Source: Ptychomitrium polyphyllum
Taxonomy: Eukaryota
Assembly: GCA_973851085.1 (NCBI GenBank)
Contig: OZ316775.1
Coordinates: forward strand, 7,564,001-7,628,000
Direction of reading: 5' to 3'
DNA: 64,000 nt
Shown: one piece after another, positions 1 through 13,710 of the stretch
How the letters are laid out: every line of letters starts with the position of its first letter
Numbering within the stretch: position 1 is the stretch's first letter
Notes under the pieces: model-generated
What the model saw: only the letters and a program-made list of their open reading frames with translations
Databases searched by the model: none
What the model was told of the DNA's origin: nothing
Program-made: the position numbers and the translations under genes

Positions 1-3000
1 TGTATTGTGGGACAGTGTAGTTCTTATCATCGGCTGCATTGGAGTCTGTCGAAGTAGAATATTTTGCTCATGGTGAACGCAGTGGAAATAAAAACAGAAT
101 TTAGGCTGGAGCAAATTGGTCTGTCGAAGCTCTCAGTCGCTGCGGTTCAAATATCTGAAGCGAGGAAATGTCTGGTGATGCTGCCGTATTCCTGATGGAG
201 ATCCGGGTTTTGTGTTGAGAAAATACTACTTTACCTGAACTTCCCATAGCGGCCCATCTGCAGATTTTCTTGGAGATATAGAATCTTCCGTAGTCCTTCT
301 GTAGCAAGTTCTATGAAAATGACCCATCATTTTCACAGTTGTTGTGTGTTGCTACTGTTAAGTCGTGCTTGAATTTGTTGTCATAAGCTTGACACACTAA
401 CGTATAGCACAGAAAAATGGCACTGTACAATACATTCTACTTTGAAGAAATTTTGACTTTATTAAGGCATTTTTTACTTTGAAAATTTACCACGGAACAT
501 CTAGAATAATTTATCAACATAAGAGAAGTCTCCATCACTTGGATTCCAATTCAGAGTAGAGGTTGTGAAGGATTCCATATAGAGTGATGTATATGTGGAG
601 TGTTATATGTTTGCTAGTTTTTCTGTACGAAATGTCATGTATGCTATGCATTTAGTTAACTTATTGCATTTAGAATTACGGATATTTTGAACACACCTCC
701 ATATTATTGGGGGGCCACATTATATTGAAATAATAGATATTCTTAGAACTTTAAATCAGTATATCTCCTTCCAAATCATTTTTTAATTTACTGAATTGTA
801 GATTATTTGTACTTTTTTAAAATGTTGGGAGCTGGTCCAAGAAAGTAAATTACAAAAGTTGACATTGAAAATTAAGATTCAACCCCTTTCGTATAATACC
901 AAAAATGATAGTGACTTTATTTTTTCATATTCTATTTTATATGCAAGTTTTTTACCATTTTATTTATGTGTTCAAGAAATTTCATATTGATTGGATGCAT
1001 CAAAGTTGGTGTTTATGAGATTCAATGCTAAAATAAAGTTGAATGTAGAAATTTGAAAAATGGCCAAACGGATACCAAATCTTCTTTGGTAACCACTTTT
1101 AGAGAAACCGTAGGTTCTTTTATAAAATTGAAATATATCTTTAAAAGGTCAAATCAAAGAAAACTTGGTTGAAAGGACATTTGAATAATGTGTATTTAGA
1201 ATATATTATAAAATTATTTTATAAAAATTATTTTTATATAATGCTTATTTATTACACAATAGATTTATTTGATGGGATTTGCAATTACTCTAATTCAATA
1301 ATCAATTTGAATCTTTAAATTGTATATATGCCAATTAAGGCTTTGACGAGAATGTAGTATTTAATTTCTCTATAAATAACTTGCTTTGCAAATTTATGAA
1401 GATAGTCCTTTTTATCTACAATTATATTTATTAGTTGGAAAAAATATCTTTACATTTGTATATAAATCAAACATGGTAGAAAATAATCACATTCTATAAT
1501 TAGTTTAGTATCTTCTTAATCAACAACTTGTTTTAGACTTTTGCCAATTTGATTCATCATCAGAAAAATGGGAAAAAATATGCCCTTATAAAGCTAAAGT
1601 TGCATATTGCATATTGTATATTTTTAGCATAATTATTTTTATTTCAATAATAATGATGTACCAAATTTTGATGCACAATCCACAATTTTAATATCAAATA
1701 ATATTTTCATTATTTTGTTTATAATATTACGTATTTTAATTAATAGTAATATTTCAAATTATATTTATACTTAATGATTAAAGGTTCTATAATAATAATT
1801 CATATTCTATTTTCTATAAGTCATCTAAATAAAAAAAATTGTAGAGATTAATTGAATCTTTAATGATGAAATGATAGGATGTAGTGATTTAATAGAAGTG
1901 TTGCAGTAATTCATGTAGTATAAATTTTAAAATGCATGGTTTTTGAGAATGATATTTTAAACTAAGGTCCACTTCTAATTGTAGGAAAGTACATTTTTTA
2001 TTATCATAAGAAATATAAGAATTTAAAAAAGAATTTCGAATTCATATTAATTTCATTTGAATTTTTTAAGATATACTTTCTTTACCCAAAGAGCTTTAAG
2101 GCACATCTACAGGAACGACCATAAGATCCTTAAATACAATTCAATTCCTTTGCCATACAAAATGTATTCCAACCAATCCTATTTAGTCAATTATATTAAG
2201 CTTGTGTGTTTCTTTGTCCTTTACTACATATAATACACATTCTTCATATAACGTTTATGTGAAAAATAGTTACGCATAATGATCACATAGAAAATATATT
2301 TTTACTTTAAATTTTAAAGAATTGGAAGTTATGGAGGTTGTGCCTAATTTTTAGAGAAAAATCTTGTTGATTTTGTGCTTATTTGGAATTCTACAAAGTA
2401 CTATTTCTTTCATTACTTAATAGAACAAAATTGTTACTAGAAAATGAAATTTAAATAAGTACAACTTCCTATGAGAAGTGAGAGTGCAGAAATAGACCTT
2501 ATATTCAAGGTTACAAAAACCAAACCACAAATTGTATGTGATAGATGCAAATGAGATAAAGTTAGAGCTTAGTTACTCATAATAAAAAGTGACTATGATT
2601 AAGTTAGAGCATAGTAAATTTGACTCTTGCAATCTTCAATTTGCATTTACACAGATGGTAGATATCTTCTGAAGACATCTGTTGAATTTCTCAAAATCAC
2701 ATTAAAACTGATTAGTTTTTAAATGATTCTGCACACAAATTACCTTAAATTTTGGAGACCTTAAAATATTTATTAGGCACCATTCTCTCCATCCTACGCT
2801 AAGAGTACAATAGCATGAATTAAAATCTGCATGGAAGTGAATGTTTCTCAACCTTCAGCCTAACCATATATATAAACTTCTCAAAAATGAACACTTTTAC
2901 AAGGCTATTAAAAAGCTTATGCTCCAGCAGACCATTCAAAAACTCAGTTCCCAGCTATTTAATCACACATAGTGCACTCAAAGCAACAGTGCATTGATTG

Positions 3001-5089
3001 TACAGACCACCTGTGTGAAGAGACTGGCAATGCAAACTTCGTGGCTTATCCATTTCAAGGAAGAACTGGATGATTCTGTGCAATTTACTACTGCACACAC
3101 AACCAGCCAATGCCACACTCCACTGACTTTTTGGTTCCATTTCTTTGACACAAACTTCTATTCTGGACTATTTGACCATATTCTGAATCTCCACACATCT
3201 GTTGCACCCCTAGGCTTCACATGAAAGAGCCCCAGCAGTTACGTACAATACCGACCCTTTTCTTCACATCAGTTCCTGGTAATAGCTGACTAGGCAACAT
3301 GGGTGACAGGGGACGGAATATGGGAACAGGGAACAGAAAACATGGGAACCGAACTATTAGAACACACACCCTGCGACCAGTACTTCCAAGTTAACTTACT
3401 ACTCACTGGATGCATACTCAAAACCGTCTCTTCACCTGAAATGAGCATTATCTACCCCTGGCTCACATTTGCGCACCTAAAATTTATAAATGACATACAT
3501 AATGTTGCTTTTGGACATACATTCCTTCTGTCTCAATTAATACTACTGGCAGTGATGTATACCAAAACCCGTCATCATACTCCAAACCAACACTAGGTAC
3601 TACTTGCATCTCCAAAACCTATAAAATTGTAACTGATGTTGGTTATGGATCCAGTGCCCAGTTTTAGCAGCTCTCTTGGTTAAAGGATGCATATCTATTA
3701 CTGTATCCAAAAACACTATTTTCTATAGTAAGTGTACATTTGCATTCCATGGAGTAATATGGTGAAACATACATAAAATAGGTAAAAATGGTATTGAGTA
3801 TGGTGAAGGTTTTGCATTCCATTTTAAACTTACCTTTGAATACATGAGTTTTATTTACAATATGGATGATATTCTAGGCTACAAAGAAATTGATGTAATC
3901 TTTACAATAGCATATTATCTTACTTACTTATAAATCTCAACGACATAGTTATTAATACTATTACTATCATATCTAAAAAGTATGGTCATTATCAAGAATT
4001 ACTTTTCCTTTGAAATTTTCATTTTATAACTAACATAAACAATATGGAAGAGAAATTTTGATATTAACCCTATAGACCTAGCTTCCTTTGCTATATTACA
4101 TTGAAATAAGAAAATAAAGTGATTAGGATAAGGTAAAGTCCTAAAATACTTTCAAATAAATTTATACCTTATTGTTCATATGAATAATTCTATAGTTTTG
4201 CAAAGTAGTTTAAGAAAAATATATATAATAATGGATTTTTTTATTTTATTATGTTAATGCTAATATCTCAAAATTTCCAAATTGCAAGGCTAATGGAAGA
4301 ATTTTTAATATTGTTGAAATTTTTTCAACAAAGAGGTGTGCATATTGGTTTGTAAATTTTGAAACTATGGTGTAACAATATTGAATTTGAAATTTTTTCA
4401 ATTTAAAAAGTTAAAATTTTTGAAAATTGCAAATATTTTTCTACAACTTTATACTCCAAAGTGGTAGTTATTGTTGATAGTGTAGAATTTTGAAAAGTAC
4501 TTCTATTTAATGTAAGCTACTTTATTATTTAATGTTTTTTAAAACCACATTATATAATATATTGCTTAAATTACATACGTGTGAGTCATTAATGATTCTA
4601 TAATTTTAAATACTACATTATTTTAGATCTTAAGTATATTTTACGTGGTGTCTTTTAGCATCACATCATGTTGTGTGGAAAGAAGAAAGTAGCTTCCTTG
4701 TTGAAGGATGCATATCTAAGACTGTCACCGTTCTCAAAACTGCCATCATATACAATACACCTAAAGTTGATCACCTGAAATCTACAGATTGCAAAGACAA
4801 CCTCGGTTCTGGGTGCAGCCATGGTTTTGAGTATCCATCCCTATACACATAGCACCCCTGGCTACAACACATGGGAAGACGGGAACTGCGACACTAACGT
4901 CCTGTACAGCACTTAAGAGTAAAGTTACGACTTACAGTTACTATTAGTAGCTCCTCTGGCTATGGCGACTGCGCAGTGCAACAGAAACCGTGGTTTTGCT
5001 CTCAACGACCAGAGCCTCAAGAAAGCATCACGATCCTCACTCTGCGACGCCGTTTGTGGCGCTTTTCTTCTTTCTTGATCGCCGCATCG

Positions 5090-7948
5090 ATGAAGTTATC
5101 TTCAGTTCTTAAAATGAGACACCAGAGCATGATTCAGGAGGTTGATGAGGAGCAACGCTTAAGAGGAACCAATGGCTGGAGGATTCATGACGGGATGGCG
5201 ACAGAGGATACGACGGTGCGTGCGCTGGAGGTTGATGAAGGCTGTGGCGGGGGGAGTGGTGGCGGAGGTCGTTATCATGGAGGGTTTTCGGCGACATCTG
5301 GTTATTGTGGCGACCTGACGTTGTTCTCGCCTTCGGAGTTTTTCGGAGTTTCTTCTCCTCGACAGGCGCTGCAACAAAGCAGTGCGGTGTCGTCGCCGTT
5401 CAGTTGGCAGCGCTTGCTTGGCGGCCAGGCCGGCCAGACGAGTGCTAGGTGGCAGGGGGAGGCGGCTTTGCATGAATTTGCGGTGTTCGAAGGTGATCAG
5501 GTAGGAGTTAAGGCGCAGGTTAGTGAGGTGAATGCGGCCTATGGTCAAGGGGAGGAGGACGTGAGACTGGCGGGCGATGGTGGAGTTCAGAATGAGGTGC
5601 AAAGTGTTGCGCTTCGGGAGGATGACGGTGTGATTAGCGAGGTGGACGTGGATCGGTCTGGTGAGGTGAAGGAGGAATGGAGGAATGATGTAAATTCTGA
5701 GAAGGAGAACTGGAGAAAGTTCGAAGGTATGATGTAGCTGGTGTTTTTATGAGATTGTTATTCTTTTGTTCTGTGTGATGCGCTGAGTCGTTTTGAAATG
5801 AATCTTCTCAGGTTGTGTTTGTGGTGAAGGTGTGTGAGATGACATTTCCAATATACTTGCAATTACTATTTAGGAGAAGTTACTGGCATCCTGAAATATT
5901 GTTGCATAATCTCAAATTGTATATTCCTGCAGCAAGTTCATCAGCGTAGTCATTTAGCTTTCTGATGTTATGAGTTCAAGCACAAACTACTGGATCGAGC
6001 TTGAAATCCTGGTTATGAGGATCAATTCCAGCAGTAACAAAGCAGTTTCTCTTAACAGTACAGTACAATTAGTTCCGGGAACCTCAAGCACTGGTCATCC
6101 CGGTGTGACTTATATTTCAAGTTATCAAGTGACAGTGATGGAAAATTTAAAGAAAGAACCGATACTACAGAACATATGGACACGAGAAGCATTTGAGTAG
6201 GACGTGTAAGCACAAGCTTCAATCCAATTCGGAGGTTGAAATGTAAATGGTCTAACTCGAAACACACATGACGTTTCTAAATTACAGATTTCATGGTTGG
6301 AGACGTGAAGCAAGAAGAATTTGAAAATATTCAGGGAGCTGGTCACAGACGACCCGCAGATGGAACTCAGGTGAATTATGAACTAAGGCCCAATCATTTA
6401 TGATTATGAACTACAGACCTTGACTTATGTATTTTCTTCTCTAAACGTATTATAAAGCATGATTGGACAAAAGTTAGTCATAACCCGAAATTAGCAGATC
6501 TTGAACCTTCGTGAAGATTGAAAAGTAAACTTCAATTCTCACATATGCTGACGAGTTTTAGACTGGTTTTTTAAGTCAAGGAAGAGATACAAGCAAAGCA
6601 GGCAGCAGGGACATCCTGAAGTCATAGTGAACTTCGAGCCTTCAGGATCTACCTCACAATCCGACTCTGACAGTGAGGAATCTGGCAAACATCATAAGAA
6701 AGAAATGATAAGCAGGAAACAGAAAAGATCTGGTCAAGATGCGGATGGGAACATCACATGGACAGACGATTCCGTTAGATTCCTGTTTGAGACCTATGAT
6801 GCTATACACCAACGCTTGTTGGAGGAAAGTAAAGGCCAAGTCAAGTATCAAAAGAAATGGACACCCATATTGAAAGCCATGCAGGCTAGGTTTGGGAATC
6901 ATTTCACGAAGAAGCAGTGTCAGAGCAAGTATTGGAGCGTGAGGCGTGAATGCACAGAATACAGGTTATTATTCTACACCAAATTCTTGGACAGAATGCA
7001 GGTTATGATTCCGCCATCAATGCTTGCATGTTATTTAATGTTCGATAGGTTGGATGCAACCGTTAGTAAGTGGAATTTAGCTAGCATATTAGCATTTTGT
7101 GTCAATCTCAGGCCATAATGGTGGTGCGTGACAATATTCTTGGAACAAATAGGAATTGTTAGTGCTCGGAAACAGGAGTGATTTTTGCGTGTGTTGCGGC
7201 CCTAATGTGCAGCCTCGGTGGACAATTTTCTACAGGATTACCTCTGCTAAAGCTGCAGCAACTGATCCATTGTGGAGCCCGCGCATTTTAGGGAGAGAAC
7301 TTCTGAAACCAAAGTTTTATGATGTGTGGCTCGAAGTTTCGGGAAGAAAACAATTAGCGATAGTGACGAAAAGGAAGAGCTCTCCAGTCAAAGGAGAGGG
7401 GTTTCTGGGTGAACAGCTCAAGTGCGAGTCCTCAAGGTTTCTGGACAGAGATGGGCAGCCTGTGAGGCAAAGAGTAAAAGATTCTAGTAGTGCAATAAAA
7501 GAAATGCAGAAATTAATGCTAGTGCAGCTTCAGGTGAGTAATTTTATTATTGCCCAAATTTCAAGTACCAACATTTGAATACTTTGTACTTCGGGCTAAT
7601 TTTTTCATAATGTTGCAATTTTTTGAAGTAAACATGTTTCGCTCTACTGTGTCCTAGGCTCCTAGCTAGTCCTGTCCATTGAAAGGTGCATGCACAATGC
7701 TTACGAGGTTGCTTGTTTGGAAATCGTGGGTGTAGGCATCAGAGGAAAGGGAGGAGGCAATGAAGTATCGTGCGGAGCTGATGATGGAACTTTTGACACA
7801 ACACATAGAGCATGTTGAAAATAGAGTGTGTATCGTGGATGAAAGTGGAAACCCGCAACTATACTTGCTGGAACGAGTTAATCACAAGCTTGAGAAGATT
7901 TTAGAAGGGTTTGCTGCTTTGAACCAAAATCTTTCGATGTTGTGTTGA
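5090..7948 (+). CDS. Myb/SANT-like (trihelix-type) DNA-binding protein with C-terminal coiled coil; predicted exons 5090(or 5114/5129)-5726, 6288-6370, 6576-6964, 7236-7533, 7736-7948
   Basis: All junctions are GT..AG with consistent phases (1,0,2,0), giving a continuous frame. Exon 3 encodes WTDDSVRFLFE...KKWTPILKAMQARFGNHFTKKQCQSKYWSVRRE (W..W..QC.SK Myb/SANT-like pattern). Exon 4 has PKFYDVW and the last exons are helical/coiled-coil-like. Start codon and exon 1-2 linkage are less certain. Confidence 0.8.
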
Positions 7949-8754
7949 GATTGACCCAGAAGCAGTCGTCATCGTCAAGATATCCATTAATGCATGTTGT
8001 GGGTACATCTGCTCATGTCTATTATCTGTTCTCTCAGATTATTCTCAGCTTGAATCCATTCACATCAGATACAAACGTACTTCCCAGATTTAACTCCTAG
8101 GTGTGTCAATACTCTTAGTCAGAAGCCTTTGATTCATGATGGGAGCTGGCTTTTTGTACTCAACATCAGGCTCCTAAATCGTCTGTTTGAAAACTGACTT
8201 GATCTAGTGTGTAGCTGCATCAGCAATGATGGTATGCAAGCATTCTGTTCCATCATCTGTATATATGGTCCACCTTTATCTAGCTTCGGATACAACGGTG
8301 GAATAATCTCTTACAGTTTTTCAACTAATTTTGTGCACCTTGTCCATTCAGGACCCACTCACGACCCGCTCACGACCCATTCAGGACCGACTTCATTCAA
8401 TCATTTATAGATACTTCAATGACCTGTGTGGTTAGGCGAATTAGCCTTTTGCCCAACCTCTGAAGGTGTCTTGAAGCAACCTCATACGAAATGGGCACCT
8501 CATATAAGTCACTCCCATTTCCTACTCAAATTTATACTCAAAATTTATTCCACGAGCAAACTTTCTAGTTTTGGTTCTCTTTGAAATGTTAATAAAGAGT
8601 CTTGTTTCTCTACTACCGTGCATCTATGGCCACATTACGTTGAGCACAAGTACAGGAGTACTGCCTTCCGAAGATACATACTATGTTAGTGGCACACACA
8701 ACCTAGCCCCTACCACGCCTTGCAGGGATGGTGACAAACAAAGACTCTTCAACC

Positions 8755-9678
8755 TCAACTAGTGAGGTAGGTAACGGAGTCCTTGGTGGTCGCGAACCCT
8801 GTCGTCTTGTCGTGATCAACATCCCAGATCATGATTCCCGCAACGCTAGACAACAGCTGCACGGCTCCGATAAAATCCTGCCCCTGCAACCCCCGCCCGC
8901 TCGCGTCCACGCTCGCCAACAGCTTGTCCGACCCAAAAGTCGTCGCAACATCGTTAAACTTGGTCACATAATCGCTCTGGCTAGTCAATCCGTCCGCATA
9001 GAACTGGTAGTTGACGTAATCGATCGAGCTTCCGAAGCTCTAGAACAAGTCCGCGTAGATGGCGCGCGTGCTCCCAAACGGCGCGATGGAGGCCGAGGAG
9101 ATAGTCTTCGCTGTTTTCAATTGTGAGATTAGCCCGCCGATGCAGGCGGTGAACGTCGCGCTACCTTGAGGGAAATTCTCATAGTCGATGTCGATACGTG
9201 TGATGGAGTACTGCGATGCGAGGGAGGAGAGCGAGGTGAAGGAGTTTGATATCCAGGCATTCGTGTCCGCTGGGTCGTACCAGTCAACTGGTTGCGAGGG
9301 ATTGGCCGCGCTTACGTACAGGGTGGCGCCGCCGAGGCTAACGGTGATGCGGACGTTCGAGTTTGCTTGGAGAGAGGATTGGGCGGCTTGCGGGGTGAGG
9401 CTGGAGGTTGTCCAGTACGGGGAGACGACGCCGTTGGCGACGTTGCCTTAGGCGTCAGCGTCGATGGCGAATAAGAGTGAGAAGGTGTATGAGATGCCGG
9501 GGGAGATCGGGATATCTGTGAAATGGACGCTCGCGTCGCAGAATGCGCCGATGTAGTCTGTGAGGATGGTGCCGTGTGCTAGCAGAGAACGGCCATGGCG
9601 AGGACCGGGTCGAGTCGCAGCGACCATCGTGACGTCGAGCACCATGAACAGAGCGACGAGGTAGCGAAAAGTCGTCAT
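8755..9678 (-). pseudogene. GH18 chitinase (class IIIb/narbonin-like), intronless, with two in-frame stops
   Basis: One frame from ATG 9678 to stop 8755: signal peptide, DYIGA, FAID, NGVVSPYW, VSLGG, catalytic-type IDIDYE, ASIAPF, IDYVNYQFYA, GIMIW. Interrupted by TAA (9448-9450) and TAG (9040-9042) with no frameshift. Confidence 0.9.
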
Positions 9679-11899
9679 GGTTTGATTTGTCCAAATGCTA
9701 CAATTGAAACCAAGAAAATCTGGGAAAACCTAGAATGTTTTCGACCACTTAGTCCAATCGACGACAACAAATTGATGAAGGGAAGGAAGATGAGAAATGC
9801 TGTTGAGCTATGAAGCCTTATATGTGCAACCTCAAAAATGCTTGTCTGGCATTCTTGAATTTCATGCAAAAATCGGTACTACGCGGCTTTGTGACTTTTT
9901 TGTCTGAAAAATATTTTCGGTTTTCTGCCTCAAATAGATAGCTGTGGGGAAGCTAGCCCCAAATTTCAGTACAATTTGGTTCCTTTTGACTTAATACTGT
10001 AACGGAGATGACGTGGGTGATCATCACATCTGACGATGTCGTGAAGTAATTCCTTATTGGAAGGTGCTGGAGATAGCCTTTTTCAAGATGACTTGTAGGG
10101 ACCTAACTCTAGAACTTCCCCCTACAGAGAACAGTTAAATTACAAGATCAGTAATATTTAAGTATCCGCATGTACTGTGCAAACTCTAAGCCATGGCGGC
10201 CAATCCTGCAGCAGCATCGTACTCGAAAGTTCATCCTTGGGCAGTGTGCTTCTGCATGAGTCTGAGGTGGGGACCGAGGGATTTAATTATATGTTCACTT
10301 GACCATCCTCGTCAGTTCCGCTTCTGTGATCAAATTTTAATTGAATGTCAAGTGATGACTTGCAGTGAGTGTCCTCGATAATGTATCCGTTAAATTGGTG
10401 TTAAATTGATGGTCGCCATAAGACGGTGCAAAATATTGGATATGCTGCTGTGAGTACCCCGCACAAGGATTCGTCTGTTTAATCAGAGTCACGACAGAGC
10501 AGGTTAGTTTGAGACTGCAGGCGTACACGTCATAATTTGTGGAGGCGAAGCATTGATTTCAATATAAAGTTAACCCGTTGTGGGTTTCTGATGGTAATAA
10601 TCCCTGGTTAAACTTTAGAATGAAACGAAACTAGGACATCGGCTGTGCCGTACAAGACGTGTACATCGACGTTCAGAGAGTCACGAGATTCTGAGCGGAG
10701 AGCTCCAGGATGCATACAACGTACTAGAGCTTTTGTCTCCGACGTGCAATGGAAACAATCACTCTAGGTAATCCACTTTCTGGATCATGGATTGACCCCG
10801 CCAAGGTAAGATAGGGGAAATTAGTCGAATGGAGAGGATCTAGCACCAGATGTATCAGTAAGCCACCGAAAGTTAAGGGACATCTTTCTCAAGTTCAAGG
10901 CTGCCCTTTACGCGACTAATCGCTGCAATCCAACCCAAGAGCATCAGCAACCAGAATCTATCTGTGTTATCAGCTAGCATGCCACATCTGTGAAGATCTG
11001 ACGAAGAAAATACTTAAATTTTTTGGTAGTGTGCACAAGCCTGCGTATTACGGTGTCAATTACCGGCACCGTGAGGATTGCGGTGGAACGCAGGTTGACG
11101 AAGACCACATAGTAATCATAATCTGTAGAATCACACAAACCAAGAGGTCGCTAACTGTTTTTTATTAAAACAGAAGCATCCATTGCGGATATTCAAGGTC
11201 TAACAGCGATTTTGACCATTATAGGGTTTAGGATTAAAGTTCAAACCTGAAGGATGTCTTGCCACCGAGATATGTTCTCCTTCTTCGATAACAGTGGCGA
11301 ATAAACCTATATGCTCGTTTTGAAGTCTACCCTCTGCTATCAACCGCCATAGCTGGTTACATGCATTCAAACATATCAGTCAGCAAACCTTGACGGTGAG
11401 CGGCACAAACTGATGACAAACCATGATATGATGAGAGCAAGAAATGAAGAATGTTACCTTATTTGATCCTTCATTGCTACACTCGGCAATGTGCATTGAA
11501 AATCCTAGGGCATCAGGAGCTAAGCATCCGTGTTCGAGTGGTAATGCAATAAGGCCTATGCTAGAAGAGTTGCTGGCTCCAGTGCTGGCATTTCAGGGGC
11601 TACTCCCCGCATTTGCGCCTTCTCCATTCACTTCACGCCGTGCTTGTCCAACAGACTTGATCGGCATCGTGAAAATGGTGTCCGCCCTTTAGTGACCACC
11701 TTTACGGAATTCTATCCTTGCAGACACTCAATCCAAACTTGTAGACATTGAGCTTGTATTTGAAAGAGACATACTTAGCATCTTTAGAACCGAACGATCG
11801 AGACTCTGATTCGTTAAGTTAGATGCACAGATGGTTTCGAAACTTCAGATTGGAGAACCAAAGTTCCTGCAACTAATCAGTTAATCAGGGTTACCACAT

Positions 11900-13710
11900 G
11901 ATTATCGGTATTGAGCTTTGATATCTAAAATCCAAGAATTCGTGATAAGAGATGTCGTTGCATTGTCCATTGCCCGCAAGTCACCCTACACATGAACGGG
12001 TTTTTTCGCCATCGCCCAAAGATGCCTGAAGAGAACCAACTGTGAACAATGAGTTGAGCGATAAGAAACAAGAGGTTGGATGAAAGATCCACTCAACTTC
12101 GAAGGGACGAGTCCTTCCTTGCGACACGCTAAATAGTGGAGGTGAGCAGATAATTTTCATGGCTCACCAAAAACAATAGTAGGAGAAATGATTTATAAGG
12201 GCGAACAGCGCTTACTTGGGTGTGTTGTTCAGCAGGACTTAGTTTACACCACCAATGAGGACAAATGGGAGCATCAAGAAGTGTAAAAGAAAACTAGATG
12301 ACACCACAAAGAGAAATCATTAGCGGCAACATATCCGGGTCTTGCTAAGAACGAACTCGTTCATTTGAAGCTTTTATTGTACCTGCCGATGCAAAATCTC
12401 TATTGCCCAAATAGACCCATAATTACTATAAATTCATCTTAAAAAAATAAAAGAAGCGAACTCCTAGTGCTACAAGGTAGTGGCATCGCCTCCCGACATC
12501 AAAATGTATTTCCAGGTGGGACCATGTGTCCCAATCCTCAGCACTCACACGATACATGTTGGTCGTGCTTGATACTTTTATACCTGTATCCAGAGTTGTT
12601 CGAACACTTGGAGAGAGTATGCCATAGACCTCCCAACCTTCGCAATACTCTGTTACAATGATCAATGCATGTTACAAAGGAGTGTCAGGTGGTGATGTCA
12701 AAAATTCATGCAACAGCATTCCCTCTACCATGCATATTTTACAGGAACAAAGAACTTGTCACAACGAGGTAATAGTGGAGATAGCACCTTCGATACAAGC
12801 TCTATTTCAATGACGCATAAGTCCGGCACATCTAAACTCAATTGTACTTGCATATACATTCAAACATGTTTGCTTGACTATGTGATCCGTCATTTTCCTC
12901 AATGGAATCTCACATGTTTCAAAAACAGCTGGGAGCAGATTATGCATCTTCTTAGTTTTGGAAAAAACTTACTGAAATCGACAGCATATGATACGTATTG
13001 ATCTTAGAGCGATTTCATGAAAGCGCGCCACTCCCGGAGGTTGCATTAATGCCCATGAAGCATTCATCCATTTACACTGGGTTTCCTAGAACTGCAATGC
13101 CCGCAGCCAGCCATGGCCTTCCACTTCCTGTCCGGACTGCCCTAACCACAATGAACTCAGCACAGCAAGTGTGTACAAAGCAACGCCGGTAGCAAAGAAA
13201 GAAATTGATTCCAGTAAAACAGGGTATGAATTGCACCTTAGCACCCAAGGTTCGAGTGTTAGCCAGAATAACAGCCGTGCTGATTCCTCGTATCACATGA
13301 ATCCCAAATTTCAACCCCATCGCGTAGACTTGCTCCGCAAGACGGGCTAAGCCGCTGCCATCTGGAGAGGACGGCCACCGACCAAGATTCTGAACCGGGC
13401 TGCTCCATTGGTCAATCACGTCGTGACCAGGTGACCATACGGACGCATTCGGTTACGGTTTCCAATTCCACAAGGAAACCACTACCACAAACTGCAAACC
13501 ACCATGTTTCATAACCTTCAAGTCAGGATCGAATGCTAAGGATGAATCTCTCATAGCAGTCATACAATGTAATTTGAGAGGAGCTTACCTCGTAACCGAA
13601 CACGAGGAGATGCTCGGATACAAATTTGGCGTTGTCAATAAGCTCTCTTTAGGACACGATCCAGGAAAGGAGTTGTATGAATTCCAGCCGCGCGGTGAGG
13701 TTAGTGCTAC
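11900..13710 (-). pseudogene. GH27 alpha-galactosidase (melibiase-type) pseudogene, multi-exon, degraded
   Basis: Collinear motifs: PRGWNSYNSF (~13665-13695, then a frameshift), NAKFVSEHLLVFGYE, IDQW...RWPSSPDGSG...VYAMGLKFGIHVIRGIS (13240-13420), NMYRVSAEDWDTWSHLEIHFDVGR (~12490-12560), WAMAK...GDLR...LITN (~11935-12020). Several stops and frameshifts. Boundaries approximate. Confidence 0.85.

Noticed and set aside
2990..3220. Possible F-box remnant (DVWRFRIW...KFVSKKWNQ, minus strand)
   Set aside because: A single short motif interrupted by a stop; insufficient support.
5159..5602. 147-aa antisense ORF
   Set aside because: Shadow of the GC-rich first exon on the + strand; Arg/low-complexity composition, no domain.
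8728..9474. Plus-strand ORFs (132, 87 and 60 aa) over the chitinase
   Set aside because: Antisense shadows of a GC-rich coding sequence.
10190..10810. Exon-like fragments with GT donors on the + strand
   Set aside because: Stops in all frames and no family recognised.
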